The position numbers and the translations under genes are program-made. From the NCBI GenBank assembly GCA_963719505.1, contig CAVRCF010000001.1:224001-288000 (forward strand): a stretch of 64,000 nt of DNA, read 5' to 3'. Positions 44,050 to 54,556 of the stretch are shown here, piece after piece. Numbering within the stretch: the first letter of the stretch is position 1; every line of letters begins with the position of its first letter. Origin of the DNA: Halobacteriovoraceae bacterium (GTDB lineage: Bacteria > Bdellovibrionota > Bacteriovoracia > Bacteriovoracales > Bacteriovoracaceae). The notes beneath the pieces were generated by a model that was not told where the DNA came from, did not search any database, and saw nothing but the letters and a program-made list of their open reading frames with translations.

Positions 44050-44618
44050 GGAATCCACAGGATCTCTTCTCTTCCAAGTTTTGCATTCACATAGCGAGAG
44101 ACAATAAATAAAAAGTCAGAGAATCGATTCATAAACTTTATCGCGTTAACAGGTAACTCATCTGGATTATGATTATCAAATCTAACAAGGCTTCTTTCGA
44201 CTCTTCTACAAACAGTTCGACAAATGTGGAATCTGCTCGCAATCTCTTCCCCACCAGGCATAATAAAATGTTTTAAGGGTTTCAGAGAACTGTTTAGTTG
44301 ATCAATTGTCTTTTCCATTTTAACTATTTCATCATCGCTTATTTGGGGAAGCTTGTATTTTTCTTGAAGGTTTTTTTCACATGCGAGGTTAGATCCTAAA
44401 TCAAACAATCTCGACTGCAGGCTCAAGATATACGAATGCAACTCGGAATCTATTTTTAATTTTTCTAGTTCTGAACAAGCAAAACCTAAAAATGAGTTTA
44501 GCTCATCAACCTCTCCATAGAGATCTATTCTTTCATCACCTTTACTAATTCTGTTACCAGAGACTAAGCTCGTTTGTCCCTGGTCTCCACCTCTTGTATA
44601 TACGCTCGCCTTATCCAT
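44046..44618 (-). CDS. ATP:cob(I)alamin adenosyltransferase, PduO type
   Basis: VYTRGGDQGQTSL, YGEVDELNS, RTVCRRVER, NRFSDFLF. Confidence 0.95.
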   Translation of the reverse strand: MDKASVYTRGGDQGQTSLVSGNRISKGDERIDLYGEVDELNSFLGFACSELEKLKIDSELHSYILSLQSRLFDLGSNLACEKNLQEKYKLPQISDDEIVKMEKTIDQLNSSLKPLKHFIMPGGEEIASRFHICRTVCRRVERSLVRFDNHNPDELPVNAIKFMNRFSDFLFIVSRYVNAKLGREEILWIP

Positions 44619-47600
44619 TACATATTCCTTCTGTATTTTCCACCGACTTTATACAGCTCTTCGGTTATTTGACCTAGTGAACAGTATCTTACCGCTTCCA
44701 AAATGTGCTCAAAAATATTTTCATCTTTTAGTGCAGCCTCTGTAATATTACTCAGGCACTGAGCTCCTTTATCAGGATTCGCTTTTTGAAAGGATCTAAG
44801 CCTATCGATCTGTGCCTCTTTTTCCTCATAGCTTGAACGAGTGAGCTCTATGTCTTGTTCCATCTGTGCATCGACGTCTTTGGCCAAATAAGTATTTACT
44901 CCGATAATAGGAAATTCACCGCTATCTTTAAGCGTCTCATAATAAAGAGACTCTTCTTGAATTTTTGACCTTTGGTACATCGACTCCATGGCCCCAAGAA
45001 CACCACCTTTATCAGAAATATTTTCAAACTCAGTGAGTACAGCATCTTCAACGATCTCACAAAGTTCATCGACGATGTAGGATCCTTGCATTGGATTATC
45101 GGTTTTATTTAATCCAAACTCTTTGTTTATAATCATCTGAATGGCCATAGCACGTCTCACCGACTCTTCTGTTGGAGTCGTAATAGCTTCATCATAAGCA
45201 TTTGTATGAAGAGAGTTACAATTGTCACTCAAAGCGAGAAAAGCTTGTAAAGTCGTTCTGATATCATTGAAGTCTATCTCCTGGGCGTGAAGAGATCGAC
45301 CAGAAGTTTGAATATGATACTTTAGCTTTTGAGATTTCTCATTAGCCCCGTATCTGTCTCTCATAGCTGTCGCCCAAATCTTTCTCGCAACTCTTCCAAT
45401 AACTGTATATTCAGGGTCAAGTCCATTGCTAAAGAAGAATGAAAGGTTCCCGGCAAACTCATCGATGCTCAATCCTCGAGATAAGTAGTACTCAACAAAA
45501 GTAAAACCATTCGAAAGAGTCAATGCCAATTGGGTGATAGGGTTAGCACCGGCTTCAGCAATATGATAACCACTAATAGAGACTGCGTAATAATTTTTGA
45601 TATTATTTTGACAGAAAAATTCCTGCACATCTCCCATTAGTTTCATGGAAAACTCCAAAGAGAAAATACAGGTGTTTTGAGCCTGATCTTCTTTTAAGAT
45701 ATCTGCTTGAACTGTTCCACGAACTTGTCTCATGATTTCAATTTGTTTATCTTTGTCCTCTCTATCTGCTCCTGTTAACGATCCTTCAATTGCCGTATTC
45801 ATATACATTGCCAGAAGAATTGGAGCTGGACCATTGATCGTCATAGAGACAGAAGTTGATGGACTGGTAAGCTCGAATCCTTCAAACAGGTCTTTCATAT
45901 CTTGCAGAGTTGCTATACTAACACCAGCTTCTCCAACCTTTCCAAAAATATCAGGTCTATGATCTGGATCTTCACCATATAAAGTGACCGAATCAAAGGC
46001 TGTTGACAGTCTTTTGGCTGGATCATCTTTTGAGAGGTAGTGAAAGCGTTTGTTAGTTCTTTTAGGACCGCCCTCACCAGCAAACATTCTTTTAGGGTCT
46101 TCATCTTTTCTTTTAAAAGGAAAGATTCCTGTAGCGTAAGGGAAAAAACCTGGAAGATTTTGAGATCTAATAAACTCAATTTTATCACCGAGGTTTTTAA
46201 ACTTTGGAAAGCCTACTCTAGAAATTGCTTGGTGGGATAATGAAATGTATTTTGTCTCAACACTAATTTCCTTATCTCTAACTGAGTAAGAAAACTTACC
46301 GCTTTTAAATTGTTCAATTGAATCATCGAAGGATTCTATCAAGGAGAGATTATCTTCCCCTATTTTTTCTTTAAGCTCTTTACAAATTTTGGTGATCTCG
46401 GACTTGAAAGTCTCATTATCAGAGAGCTCTCCAGACTTTAAGCATGCATCGTATTGACGACAAAGCTCAGTTAATATCTTTGTTTTTTCATTATAGTCTT
46501 TGACTGTTTTGGCTATATCTCTAAGGTATTGGATCTGTCCGGCTGGAATTATAGCTTTCTTGCTCTTTGAGGCTTTGTCACAAATAAGATCAAGATCTTC
46601 GGTGTTAAAATCAAATGATTTTGCAATATCAACAAATAATGAGTTAACTCCGGTGTCATTAAACTTTGATGCCATCGTTCCGTAAATTGGAAGTCCTTCA
46701 TCATCTGGAGATCCAGGATGTCCTGCAAATAATTTATGATTTCTTCTATACTGCTTTCTAATATCGCGAAGGGCATCTTCACTTCTTGGTTTCTCAAACT
46801 TATTGACGACAATAAAGTCTGCAACTTCGATCATTTCAATTTTCTCTAATTGAGAAGCTGCTCCGTACTCTGGAGTCATAACATACGTGCATTTATCTGA
46901 AATCGTTGTAATTGAATCAGATGCTTGACCTATACCTGAGGTCTCTACAATAATTAAATCGAAAGACTGGGACTTTAAAAATTTAACAACATTGACAATT
47001 TGTGGTGAGAGTTCATTTTTAGAGTTTCGAGTCGCAAGAGATCTTATAAAAATATTCTCAAACCCAGCAGAACCTAAGCGGATTCTATCCCCAAGAAGTG
47101 CACCTTGAGTCTTTTTCTTTGTTGGATCAACAGAAATGAGAGCAATTCTCTGCTTTGGAAAATGACGACAAAACCTAAGTAAGAGCTCATCAATTAGAGA
47201 GGATTTTCCGGCGCCCCCGGTCCCCGTGATACCTAGAACAGGGACTTTGAAGTCTGAAACCTCAAAGGGCAGTTTGCCTTTATCTTCAATATGAGTAATC
47301 ACCTTAGCAATTTCGATATCGGTTAGGTTTTCTTTTTTTGAAAAGTCGTAACCGTCTAAAATATCATAGTCGGCTTTGGCAATCATGTCGTCGATAATGC
47401 CTTCAAGCCCAAGATTCATTCCATCTTTTGGATGATAAATTTTTGTTATCCCAATTTCTTCGAGAGCTTTAATTTCTTTCAAAGTGATGACACCGCCGCC
47501 GCCTCCGAAAATTTTTACATGTTCAGCCCCGGCTTTATCCAGCAATTCTCTGACGTACTTAAAGTATTCATTGTGGCCACCTTGATAGGAGCTAATTGCC

Positions 47601-47776
47601 ACAGCGTGTGCGTCTTCACTAATGGCAGCAGAGGCAACCTCTTGAGCAGATCTATTATGGCCTAGGTGGATGACTTCGACTCCTTTTGACTGGAGCAATC
47701 GCCTCATTATATTAATTGATACATCATGCCCGTCAAACAGACTTGCAGCAGTTACAAAGCGCAGTTTATTTTTCAT
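44618..47776 (-). CDS. icmF: Fused isobutyryl-CoA mutase/MeaB-like GTPase
   Basis: B12-binding FDGHD, GTPase GTGGAGKSS, mutase RMFAGEG (Phe typical of ICM), TVQADILKEDQAQN, SLHTNAYDEA. Confidence 0.93.
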   Translation of the reverse strand: MKNKLRFVTAASLFDGHDVSINIMRRLLQSKGVEVIHLGHNRSAQEVASAAISEDAHAVAISSYQGGHNEYFKYVRELLDKAGAEHVKIFGGGGGVITLKEIKALEEIGITKIYHPKDGMNLGLEGIIDDMIAKADYDILDGYDFSKKENLTDIEIAKVITHIEDKGKLPFEVSDFKVPVLGITGTGGAGKSSLIDELLLRFCRHFPKQRIALISVDPTKKKTQGALLGDRIRLGSAGFENIFIRSLATRNSKNELSPQIVNVVKFLKSQSFDLIIVETSGIGQASDSITTISDKCTYVMTPEYGAASQLEKIEMIEVADFIVVNKFEKPRSEDALRDIRKQYRRNHKLFAGHPGSPDDEGLPIYGTMASKFNDTGVNSLFVDIAKSFDFNTEDLDLICDKASKSKKAIIPAGQIQYLRDIAKTVKDYNEKTKILTELCRQYDACLKSGELSDNETFKSEITKICKELKEKIGEDNLSLIESFDDSIEQFKSGKFSYSVRDKEISVETKYISLSHQAISRVGFPKFKNLGDKIEFIRSQNLPGFFPYATGIFPFKRKDEDPKRMFAGEGGPKRTNKRFHYLSKDDPAKRLSTAFDSVTLYGEDPDHRPDIFGKVGEAGVSIATLQDMKDLFEGFELTSPSTSVSMTINGPAPILLAMYMNTAIEGSLTGADREDKDKQIEIMRQVRGTVQADILKEDQAQNTCIFSLEFSMKLMGDVQEFFCQNNIKNYYAVSISGYHIAEAGANPITQLALTLSNGFTFVEYYLSRGLSIDEFAGNLSFFFSNGLDPEYTVIGRVARKIWATAMRDRYGANEKSQKLKYHIQTSGRSLHAQEIDFNDIRTTLQAFLALSDNCNSLHTNAYDEAITTPTEESVRRAMAIQMIINKEFGLNKTDNPMQGSYIVDELCEIVEDAVLTEFENISDKGGVLGAMESMYQRSKIQEESLYYETLKDSGEFPIIGVNTYLAKDVDAQMEQDIELTRSSYEEKEAQIDRLRSFQKANPDKGAQCLSNITEAALKDENIFEHILEAVRYCSLGQITEELYKVGGKYRRNM

Positions 47777-47858
47777 AAGTCCTCTTATTAAATATTTTTA
47801 GTTTTCTATCATATTAAGATAAGTTTTTCCATATCCAAAACACGGTAAATTCAAGTAC

Positions 47859-48563
47859 TTAGCGTTTATCTGAGGAAAGTATAGCCCTTCTTTTGGTGAT
47901 GAGGACGGCCACAATTAGACCAACAGATATAGCTTGAGATGTAGAGAGGCCCATAAATTGCCCTCGAATTTGATCTGATCGTAGAAACTCTAGGAAAAAT
48001 CTAAGCACAGCATAGGAGACAAGATAGAAAGAGATTATTCCCTCTCCCTCTTTAAATTTCTTAAAAGCGATAAATGTTATTACGAAAACGAATGTAGATT
48101 CTATCAATTGCACCGGTGTGTGAAAGTCTACTCTTTCAAATTCAATCACCACGCCATGACAACAGCCAGCTAAAAAACACCCAATCCGTCCAAGGCCATG
48201 ACCTATACCCAGAGGTATTATTAAAAATGAAAGTGAGTTTATAGGAATGTTTTTTACCTTAGAGTAAAGAAAGGTGAAGGACAAACCAAAAATAAGTCCA
48301 CCGTAAAAAACGAATCCACCACCTAACCAAAAATTTGAATTTGTCACAAACTCAGACTTATCAATAAACTCAGAGGTTAAAAGAAAGAAAATTTTTGCAC
48401 CAATCCAGGATGAAGAGAATATACCTAAAAGTATGAAGTTGAGGTTCTTTATATTTTTTGGACAGAGCTTATGGGCAACGCTATAAGCGATCCCCCATGC
48501 AAGACCCATCATGAGGGGATATAAGTAAACGGTACGACCTAAAAATTCAAAACTAGGCAGCAT
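47859..48563 (-). CDS. lgt: Prolipoprotein diacylglyceryl transferase
   Basis: GGFVFYGGL, GRIGCFLAGCC, PVQLIE, RFFLEFLR. Confidence 0.9.
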   Translation of the reverse strand: MLPSFEFLGRTVYLYPLMMGLAWGIAYSVAHKLCPKNIKNLNFILLGIFSSSWIGAKIFFLLTSEFIDKSEFVTNSNFWLGGGFVFYGGLIFGLSFTFLYSKVKNIPINSLSFLIIPLGIGHGLGRIGCFLAGCCHGVVIEFERVDFHTPVQLIESTFVFVITFIAFKKFKEGEGIISFYLVSYAVLRFFLEFLRSDQIRGQFMGLSTSQAISVGLIVAVLITKRRAILSSDKR

Positions 48564-49050
48564 TTACTTTTTTTTCTCTACTTCTCTCTCTAAAATAGTC
48601 GATAATAAGAAGACCGGCAGCAACAGAGATAGCACTATCAGCGACATTAAAAACTGAAAAGTGGCTTTTACCATAGTAGAAGTCAAAAAAGTCGATAACG
48701 TAGTCCAATCTAAACCTATCAATTAAGTTTCCAATAGCACCTGCTAAGATTAATGCGTATGCACTGCTTAAAAGTAGTTTATCTTTATACGATTTAATAA
48801 GGAGAACAAAAAGCCATACACAAGCAATCACTGGAAGGGCACGAAAAATCGTGTAACGAATCCAATCCTGAAATGCACCACCAAAACCGAATGCTGCACC
48901 GGTGTTTCTCACGTAGGTAAAGTTCATAAGTCCATCTATGACTTTTATGCTTTCGCCAACGTAGAAGTTATTGGCCACATAAATCTTAGACCACTGATCG
49001 ACCACAATAATAACGACAATAGATAAAAGTAGAAAAATAAGTTTTTTCAT
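48553..49050 (-). CDS. lspA: Lipoprotein signal peptidase II
   Basis: DQWSK, NTGAAFG, GAIGNLIDR, VIDFFD, FNVAD. Confidence 0.97.
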   Translation of the reverse strand: MKKLIFLLLSIVVIIVVDQWSKIYVANNFYVGESIKVIDGLMNFTYVRNTGAAFGFGGAFQDWIRYTIFRALPVIACVWLFVLLIKSYKDKLLLSSAYALILAGAIGNLIDRFRLDYVIDFFDFYYGKSHFSVFNVADSAISVAAGLLIIDYFRERSREKKVNAA

Positions 49051-49051
49051 T

Positions 49052-50542
49052 TTAATAGTACTCTTTAGGATTAATTTCGTACTTTTCTATCTTCCTTAAA
49101 AGTGTTTTCTTTGGAATATTAGCGTTTAGAGCAGTTTGATTAATCTTACCTCTATTAAGCTTTAAAGCCTGAACTATAAATTCATTTTCAAATTTATCTT
49201 TTGCAGCTTGAAAATCCATTTTAATTTGATCTCCCTCTTTCGTTGCAAAGACAAATTGGTACTGAGAATCATCGACTTCTGAGGGATCTTTATCTAAAAC
49301 TGAATTTTTAATTCCTTTAAAATCAATGACTGCATCTTGAGTACTATCTTCTTTCACGATGGTCTCTGAGCCATCTTGAATCTTCATAGGGATAGCATCT
49401 AAAGTAACGTAGTCAGACGACTCCATGATAAAACAATGTTCAATTGTATTTCTCAGCTCTCGAATGTTTCCAGGCCAAGAAAAGTTTTGAAGAGCTTCCA
49501 TTGCATCAGGCTTAACCCCTCTAACTTCTAAATTATGAACTTCATTAAAATAGTTAACGTAATAATTAACCAAGTGAGGAATATCTGTTTTTCTCTCTCT
49601 AAGAGGTGGAAGGTAGACTGGAAGAACGTTCAACCTATAAAAAAGGTCTTCTCTAAATGTTCCATCTTTAATCATTTCTTCAAAAGGCTTATGAGAGGCT
49701 GCAATAATTCTCACGTCGACAGAGATTTCTCTGTTGGCACCAACAGGTGTGAATTTTTTCTCTTGAAGAACTCTTAGAAGCTTAACTTGCATTTGAGGAG
49801 AGATATCACCGATCTCATCAAGAAAAAGTGTTCCTCCATCAGCGTATTGAAACTTTCCAATTTTTCTTGCATCTGCACCTGTAAAGGCACCTTTTTCGTG
49901 ACCAAAAAGTTCGGACTCAATGAGGTTTTCTGAAATGGCTCCACAGTTTACCGCAACAAACTTATTATCTTTTCTAGGACCGTTGTAGTGAATGGCTTTT
50001 GCAACAAGCTCTTTACCTGTCCCCGACTCTCCTCGAATTAAAACAGGAGTGTTAACTTTTGCTAGTTTACTGATAACATCAAAAACTTTTTTCATCGAGT
50101 TTGATTCACCAACAAACTTATCATCTCCATCTTTTCCCAAAGATAGGGTTGGAGCAGAAAATGCTGTTGTCTCAACCATTGAGCGTGCTTTTAAGGCTCG
50201 CTTAATTAGAGCCACTAGATTATCTGATGTTATTGGCTTTTCTAAATAGTTGAATGCTCCCTCTTTAACAGCTTTTACAGCGTCAGAGACATTTGAGTAT
50301 GCCGTCAAAATTAAGACTATAATAGACGGGTCATGTTTTTTAATCTCAATGAGAGCCTCAATACCATCCATCTCAGGCATATTGACATCCATGACTACCA
50401 AGTCGTAATTTTCACGATAAACAGCCGCAACAGCTTCTTTACCATTGTCGGCGACATCAACGTCAAAATGATGGAAAACTAATGCTTGCTTTACGGACTG
50501 CTGTAAAACTTTATCATCATCAACTACTAGTACCTTATGCAT
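49052..50542 (-). CDS. Sigma54-dependent response regulator (NtrC family)
   Basis: REC domain (VVDDD, MDVNMP), GESGTGKE, GAFTGA, LFYRLNV, C-terminal HTH. Confidence 0.96.
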   Translation of the reverse strand: MHKVLVVDDDKVLQQSVKQALVFHHFDVDVADNGKEAVAAVYRENYDLVVMDVNMPEMDGIEALIEIKKHDPSIIVLILTAYSNVSDAVKAVKEGAFNYLEKPITSDNLVALIKRALKARSMVETTAFSAPTLSLGKDGDDKFVGESNSMKKVFDVISKLAKVNTPVLIRGESGTGKELVAKAIHYNGPRKDNKFVAVNCGAISENLIESELFGHEKGAFTGADARKIGKFQYADGGTLFLDEIGDISPQMQVKLLRVLQEKKFTPVGANREISVDVRIIAASHKPFEEMIKDGTFREDLFYRLNVLPVYLPPLRERKTDIPHLVNYYVNYFNEVHNLEVRGVKPDAMEALQNFSWPGNIRELRNTIEHCFIMESSDYVTLDAIPMKIQDGSETIVKEDSTQDAVIDFKGIKNSVLDKDPSEVDDSQYQFVFATKEGDQIKMDFQAAKDKFENEFIVQALKLNRGKINQTALNANIPKKTLLRKIEKYEINPKEYY

Positions 50543-50559
50543 GAATTCTCCTAATGAAT

Positions 50560-52437
50560 TTATTCATTCTTTAATTTAATTATAAATTTTGTTCCTTCAC
50601 CCAAAACGCTACTTGCCGTAATTGTTCCGTTGTGAAGTTCGATAAAGTATTTTACCAAATAAAGGCCCAAGCCCGAACCTTTTATTTTGTGACTATCGTC
50701 ATTTTTTACTCGATAAAACTTATCAAATATATGTTCAAGGTCCTCTTGCTTTATACCTTTTCCATTATCGCTTATTTCTATAGTGACCCACTGCTCATCA
50801 TCCCATGTTTTTATATAAATCTCTTTTCCCTCGCCAGCGTACTTTATAGCATTCCCTATAAGGTTTGCTAAGACTCTATTCACCAAGACAATATCGACCT
50901 TAATCGGATAAAGGGGATCTAAATCCTTTTTAATCGTCATTTCTTTTTCACGGGCTTCATACTTTAGCTTCTCAATAGTATCTTCAATAAGGGTATTGAC
51001 GTCTTTATTGTCGAGATTGAGATCCAAGTTTCTAGATTCAATTTTAGTAAGGTCCAAGATTGAGGTAATAAAGTTATTTAACTCTTTAGTTGAGTGAACA
51101 ACATCATCTAGTAGCTCTTTTTGTCTAGGTTCATTTTCATACTGGACTCTTAAAATGTCAGCAATTCCTGCAATTTTTGCTACCGGTGTTTTCAAATCAT
51201 GACTCATCAGACTGATGAAGTTTGCTTTTAGCTTATCTACTTTTTTAAGAACCTTCGTCTCTTCTTGAATAGCATATCTCGTTTGATACTCACCGATGGC
51301 CCTAAACGGGACCCAAATATAGTAGACGACAAAAATACTGAGAATGATATGAGATAACTTAAACCAGATCCCCAATCCAACAAATGAGAAATAAGCCACA
51401 ATAAACATAGAGATTAAGATAACCATCGTTATCAAAAGACCTTTAGTCGGTTGTACTTTTGAAATGAGAAAAGACAAAAAGATAGCAAGGAGAATAGAAA
51501 TAACATCAGTCACCCAATCAGGAACGCGATAGATTGTTTTCTCGGTAATGAGTGATGAGATAATTTGGGCGTGAACATTTATTTTAGGAGCTTTTGCTCC
51601 ATCTTTTCCAAATGGAGTGTAGATGAAGTCACCAATATTAGACAGATACTGGGGCCCCACGAGAACGACCTTATTAAAGAAATACCCTCGAGGAAAGTTT
51701 CCAACAACAACTCGATGAAAGGGAATTGTTCTTATTTGTTTATAGAAGTTAGGGTTTGATCCATAACGAAAGAGTCCAAAGGTTGCATCTGCTTCACGGT
51801 CGTAGTAAGCCCCTTGAAATTCTGAAGCTTCAATACGTGCCATACCCTTTTTTTGACGGTATTTATTGGCAACCCAAAGATGCAAGGAGTCTTCCCCAGA
51901 AATATTCAAGATAACTCTTCTGGTGACGTCATCTTTTGCAAAAACGTTTCCATCCTTATTGATAATTCCAAGAGAATATCCAATATCTCTCATCCCCTCC
52001 GGCGGTACTTGTTCTCCCCATGCATCCTTATCAGTACCAAAACGAAAAGCACCACCAATAGTTTGATATGACTGAATTTTTTGATGAAGCGAGGTCATAT
52101 TTTCTTGATCGACCATGTTTTCAGGCTCTAGCATGGGAACAAGGTAAGATATAATACTTGGTCGATCAGCTGACAGTCTTGTCATGAGTCTGTTATGAGT
52201 GGCATAGGTGTAGGGGTATATTTCACCTAAGAACTGATCACTTTCTTCATCCATTGTTATAACGACAAGGTTATCTTGAGACGCTGTACCGAAGTCTCCT
52301 CTGGTCCACAAATCGTAAAAGATGGCATCTAGAGAATTGAAGGAGTATTGAATAAGGATGAGGATAAAGATGATTGTAAAAAACAAAGGGTACAAGTTGT
52401 TGTATTCAATATTTTTTAGTCTTTCTCTAATATTCAT
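50560..52437 (-). CDS. CHASE2-domain sensor histidine kinase
   Basis: Periplasmic CHASE2-like (LVVITMDEES, KVVLVG, TPF, VHAQ) plus 3 TM, SHDLKTP H-box, NLIGNAIKY, DNGKG, GSGLGL. Confidence 0.92.
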   Translation of the reverse strand: MNIRERLKNIEYNNLYPLFFTIIFILILIQYSFNSLDAIFYDLWTRGDFGTASQDNLVVITMDEESDQFLGEIYPYTYATHNRLMTRLSADRPSIISYLVPMLEPENMVDQENMTSLHQKIQSYQTIGGAFRFGTDKDAWGEQVPPEGMRDIGYSLGIINKDGNVFAKDDVTRRVILNISGEDSLHLWVANKYRQKKGMARIEASEFQGAYYDREADATFGLFRYGSNPNFYKQIRTIPFHRVVVGNFPRGYFFNKVVLVGPQYLSNIGDFIYTPFGKDGAKAPKINVHAQIISSLITEKTIYRVPDWVTDVISILLAIFLSFLISKVQPTKGLLITMVILISMFIVAYFSFVGLGIWFKLSHIILSIFVVYYIWVPFRAIGEYQTRYAIQEETKVLKKVDKLKANFISLMSHDLKTPVAKIAGIADILRVQYENEPRQKELLDDVVHSTKELNNFITSILDLTKIESRNLDLNLDNKDVNTLIEDTIEKLKYEAREKEMTIKKDLDPLYPIKVDIVLVNRVLANLIGNAIKYAGEGKEIYIKTWDDEQWVTIEISDNGKGIKQEDLEHIFDKFYRVKNDDSHKIKGSGLGLYLVKYFIELHNGTITASSVLGEGTKFIIKLKNE

Positions 52438-53215
52438 TTTGCCCCTCATTAAATAGACAATTCTCTAAAAGGGGAAAGCTCTCTAGATATCCAATCAAAC
52501 CTGTATTCAACCCATGATCAGCTTCAAGATGGTTGAGCATAAATTCAAAAAAGGTTTTGTGATAACTATCTTTTGTTATAAGCAAATAAACGGGTTTTAG
52601 TTCCGGGTCGCAAATGATGTTTTCTTTATTCGTTGAAAGAGAAAGTATTGATTCTAAAAGCGGCTTCATCATTATAAAAGACATGAAGATACCCGTTTTA
52701 AAAAACGTATTTTCCCTACCAAAGCTTAATTTTTTCCAAAAGCTATAGGTGAAAAAAATTAGTGTAGAGGTTACACCCATTCCTATCGTTTGAGACTTAC
52801 ACCCCGACTTTTTCTTACTGTGAATTAAAAATTTTATAAGGGCTTTTGTTTGATTAAGATCCAATCTCTCTACTAATTGTCTATCAAGAACAATACTCCA
52901 CGAGTTTCTAAGGCTAAAAACAAAAGGCTTTGCTCCAACCCCGTTATACAAATACACTGTTGGTTTATCTTCAAGTTCTTTGTAAACTTCAGTTTTTAGA
53001 ATTTGAAAGAAATCGTGCTGATCAAAGTCGGTAATTTCTCGAGCTCCCAAAAAAAGGAGAATAACCTTGTCACTAAAAAGGGTTAGAAGGAATACTCCAA
53101 CCAAAATCAGAATAATAAGCGCAACTCTAAGGAATCCACTAAAAGTGAGATAGGTAAACATGACGGGAAATAACGCCACAAGTAAATATATTAATATCGC
53201 TTTTGTTCTATACAT
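52427..53215 (-). CDS. HtpX/M48-like membrane protein without the HExxH zinc motif
   Basis: TM-TM-LGAREI...PTVYLY...PFVF...IVLDRQLVERLD pattern of HtpX; no HExxH. Confidence 0.55.
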   Translation of the reverse strand: MYRTKAILIYLLVALFPVMFTYLTFSGFLRVALIILILVGVFLLTLFSDKVILLFLGAREITDFDQHDFFQILKTEVYKELEDKPTVYLYNGVGAKPFVFSLRNSWSIVLDRQLVERLDLNQTKALIKFLIHSKKKSGCKSQTIGMGVTSTLIFFTYSFWKKLSFGRENTFFKTGIFMSFIMMKPLLESILSLSTNKENIICDPELKPVYLLITKDSYHKTFFEFMLNHLEADHGLNTGLIGYLESFPLLENCLFNEGQNEY

Positions 53216-53343
53216 AATTCAACTAGTTACAACCAGTATAGATTAAATTTTTATATTATCTAGTATGAAACACTTTGTTCCCTATCATTATTACATAAAC
53301 CACGCATCGCCCTAGACAATTTTCCAGGTTAGAGCTATAAAGC

Positions 53344-53625
53344 TTGAGCTTCGATACAAAACAAAAACACTCGGAATCGCCCGTGAATGAAGATGAACTA
53401 GATGATTATGAGCTAGAAATTCTCCGCGCTGGGGAGCGTAAAGAATTATTAAATGATGATGTTCTGATTTGTGAGTGTTTATGTGTGAGTGTCGCTGATA
53501 TAAGAAAGTTTTTTAACAAGAACCAAAAAGTTGATTTAGAAGCTTTAAGAAAAGAGTTTCATTTAGGTGCTGGGTGTTCAAGTTGTGTTAGATCGTTTTC
53601 ACAATGGAAAGATCAGATCTTTTAA
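53344..53625 (+). CDS. BFD-like [2Fe-2S]-binding protein
   Basis: ICECLCVS...GAGCSSCV. Confidence 0.8.
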   Translation: MSFDTKQKHSESPVNEDELDDYELEILRAGERKELLNDDVLICECLCVSVADIRKFFNKNQKVDLEALRKEFHLGAGCSSCVRSFSQWKDQIF

Positions 53626-53664
53626 GCATTATTTTTGGGAATTTAAATAGGAAGGAGTACGTCA

Positions 53665-54501
53665 ATGTCATTTGATAAGCTATTATTCGGAACTGCTGGT
53701 GTGCCAAACTCAACTGCTAAGAAAAACAGCCCGGTTGAAGGTGTTCAAAGAATTCATGAGTTAGGGTTGGACTGTATGCAACTTGAGTTCGCTCATGGAG
53801 TAAGAATGAAGGAAGAGGTTTCTTCCGCTTTAAGAAAAGTTTCTTATGAGCTGAATATTCCACTTACCTCTCATGGACCTTATTATATTAATTTAAATGC
53901 TCGTGAACAAGATAAGATTGACTCATCTGTTGAAAGAATCATTCAAACTGCTAAGATCTCTGATCTTTGTGGAGCAGAGTCTATGACTTTTCACGCCGCT
54001 TTTTATATGAAAGATTCTCCATATGATGTTTTTGATCTTGTAGAAAAATCAATGAATGTAATTGAAGAAAGACTTTCAAGATTAGATATCGAAATTGAAT
54101 TAAGACCTGAGCTTACTGGTAAAACATCTCAGTTTGGTTCACTCGAGGAATTAATTACTCTTACTAAGAACGTTGGAAGTGTTAAACCTTGTATGGATTT
54201 TTCACACCTTTTTGCTAGAACTGATAAGTATAACTCTTATGAGGAAATGACGGCTGTTCTTGATAGATTAGAAGTTGAAATTGGTGCTACCGCTCTTAAA
54301 AATATGCACGTTCATGTTTCTGGAATTAGCTCAAACTCTAAAGGTGACCTTAAACATTTAAACCTTGAGAAGTCTAAGTTTAATTGGAAAGATATGCTTA
54401 AGGCGCTTAAAGACAAAGGCTGTGGTGGTTATATTATTTGTAACTCTCCCAACTTAGAAGAAGATGCTATCATGATGAAAAAGTACTACATGGCTCTTTA
54501 A
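53665..54501 (+). CDS. Endonuclease IV-like TIM-barrel protein (archaeal-type subfamily)
   Basis: FGTAGVP, SHGPYYINLN, FHAAFY, RPELTGKTSQFGSLEE, DFSHLFAR, HVHVSGI. Confidence 0.88.
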   Translation: MSFDKLLFGTAGVPNSTAKKNSPVEGVQRIHELGLDCMQLEFAHGVRMKEEVSSALRKVSYELNIPLTSHGPYYINLNAREQDKIDSSVERIIQTAKISDLCGAESMTFHAAFYMKDSPYDVFDLVEKSMNVIEERLSRLDIEIELRPELTGKTSQFGSLEELITLTKNVGSVKPCMDFSHLFARTDKYNSYEEMTAVLDRLEVEIGATALKNMHVHVSGISSNSKGDLKHLNLEKSKFNWKDMLKALKDKGCGGYIICNSPNLEEDAIMMKKYYMAL

Positions 54502-54527
54502 AACACGAAAATTAAATTTATCTGATA

Positions 54528-54556
54528 TAAAGCCTCACATATGTGGGGCTTTTTTT
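54528..54556. terminator. Bidirectional intrinsic terminator
   Basis: AAAAGCCTCACAT-ATGTGGGGCTTTTTT between convergent genes. Confidence 0.75.

Noticed and set aside
44046-47776. Mutase-GTPase fusion next to adenosyltransferase as a novel system
   Set aside because: This is the well-described IcmF plus PduO-type ATR arrangement.
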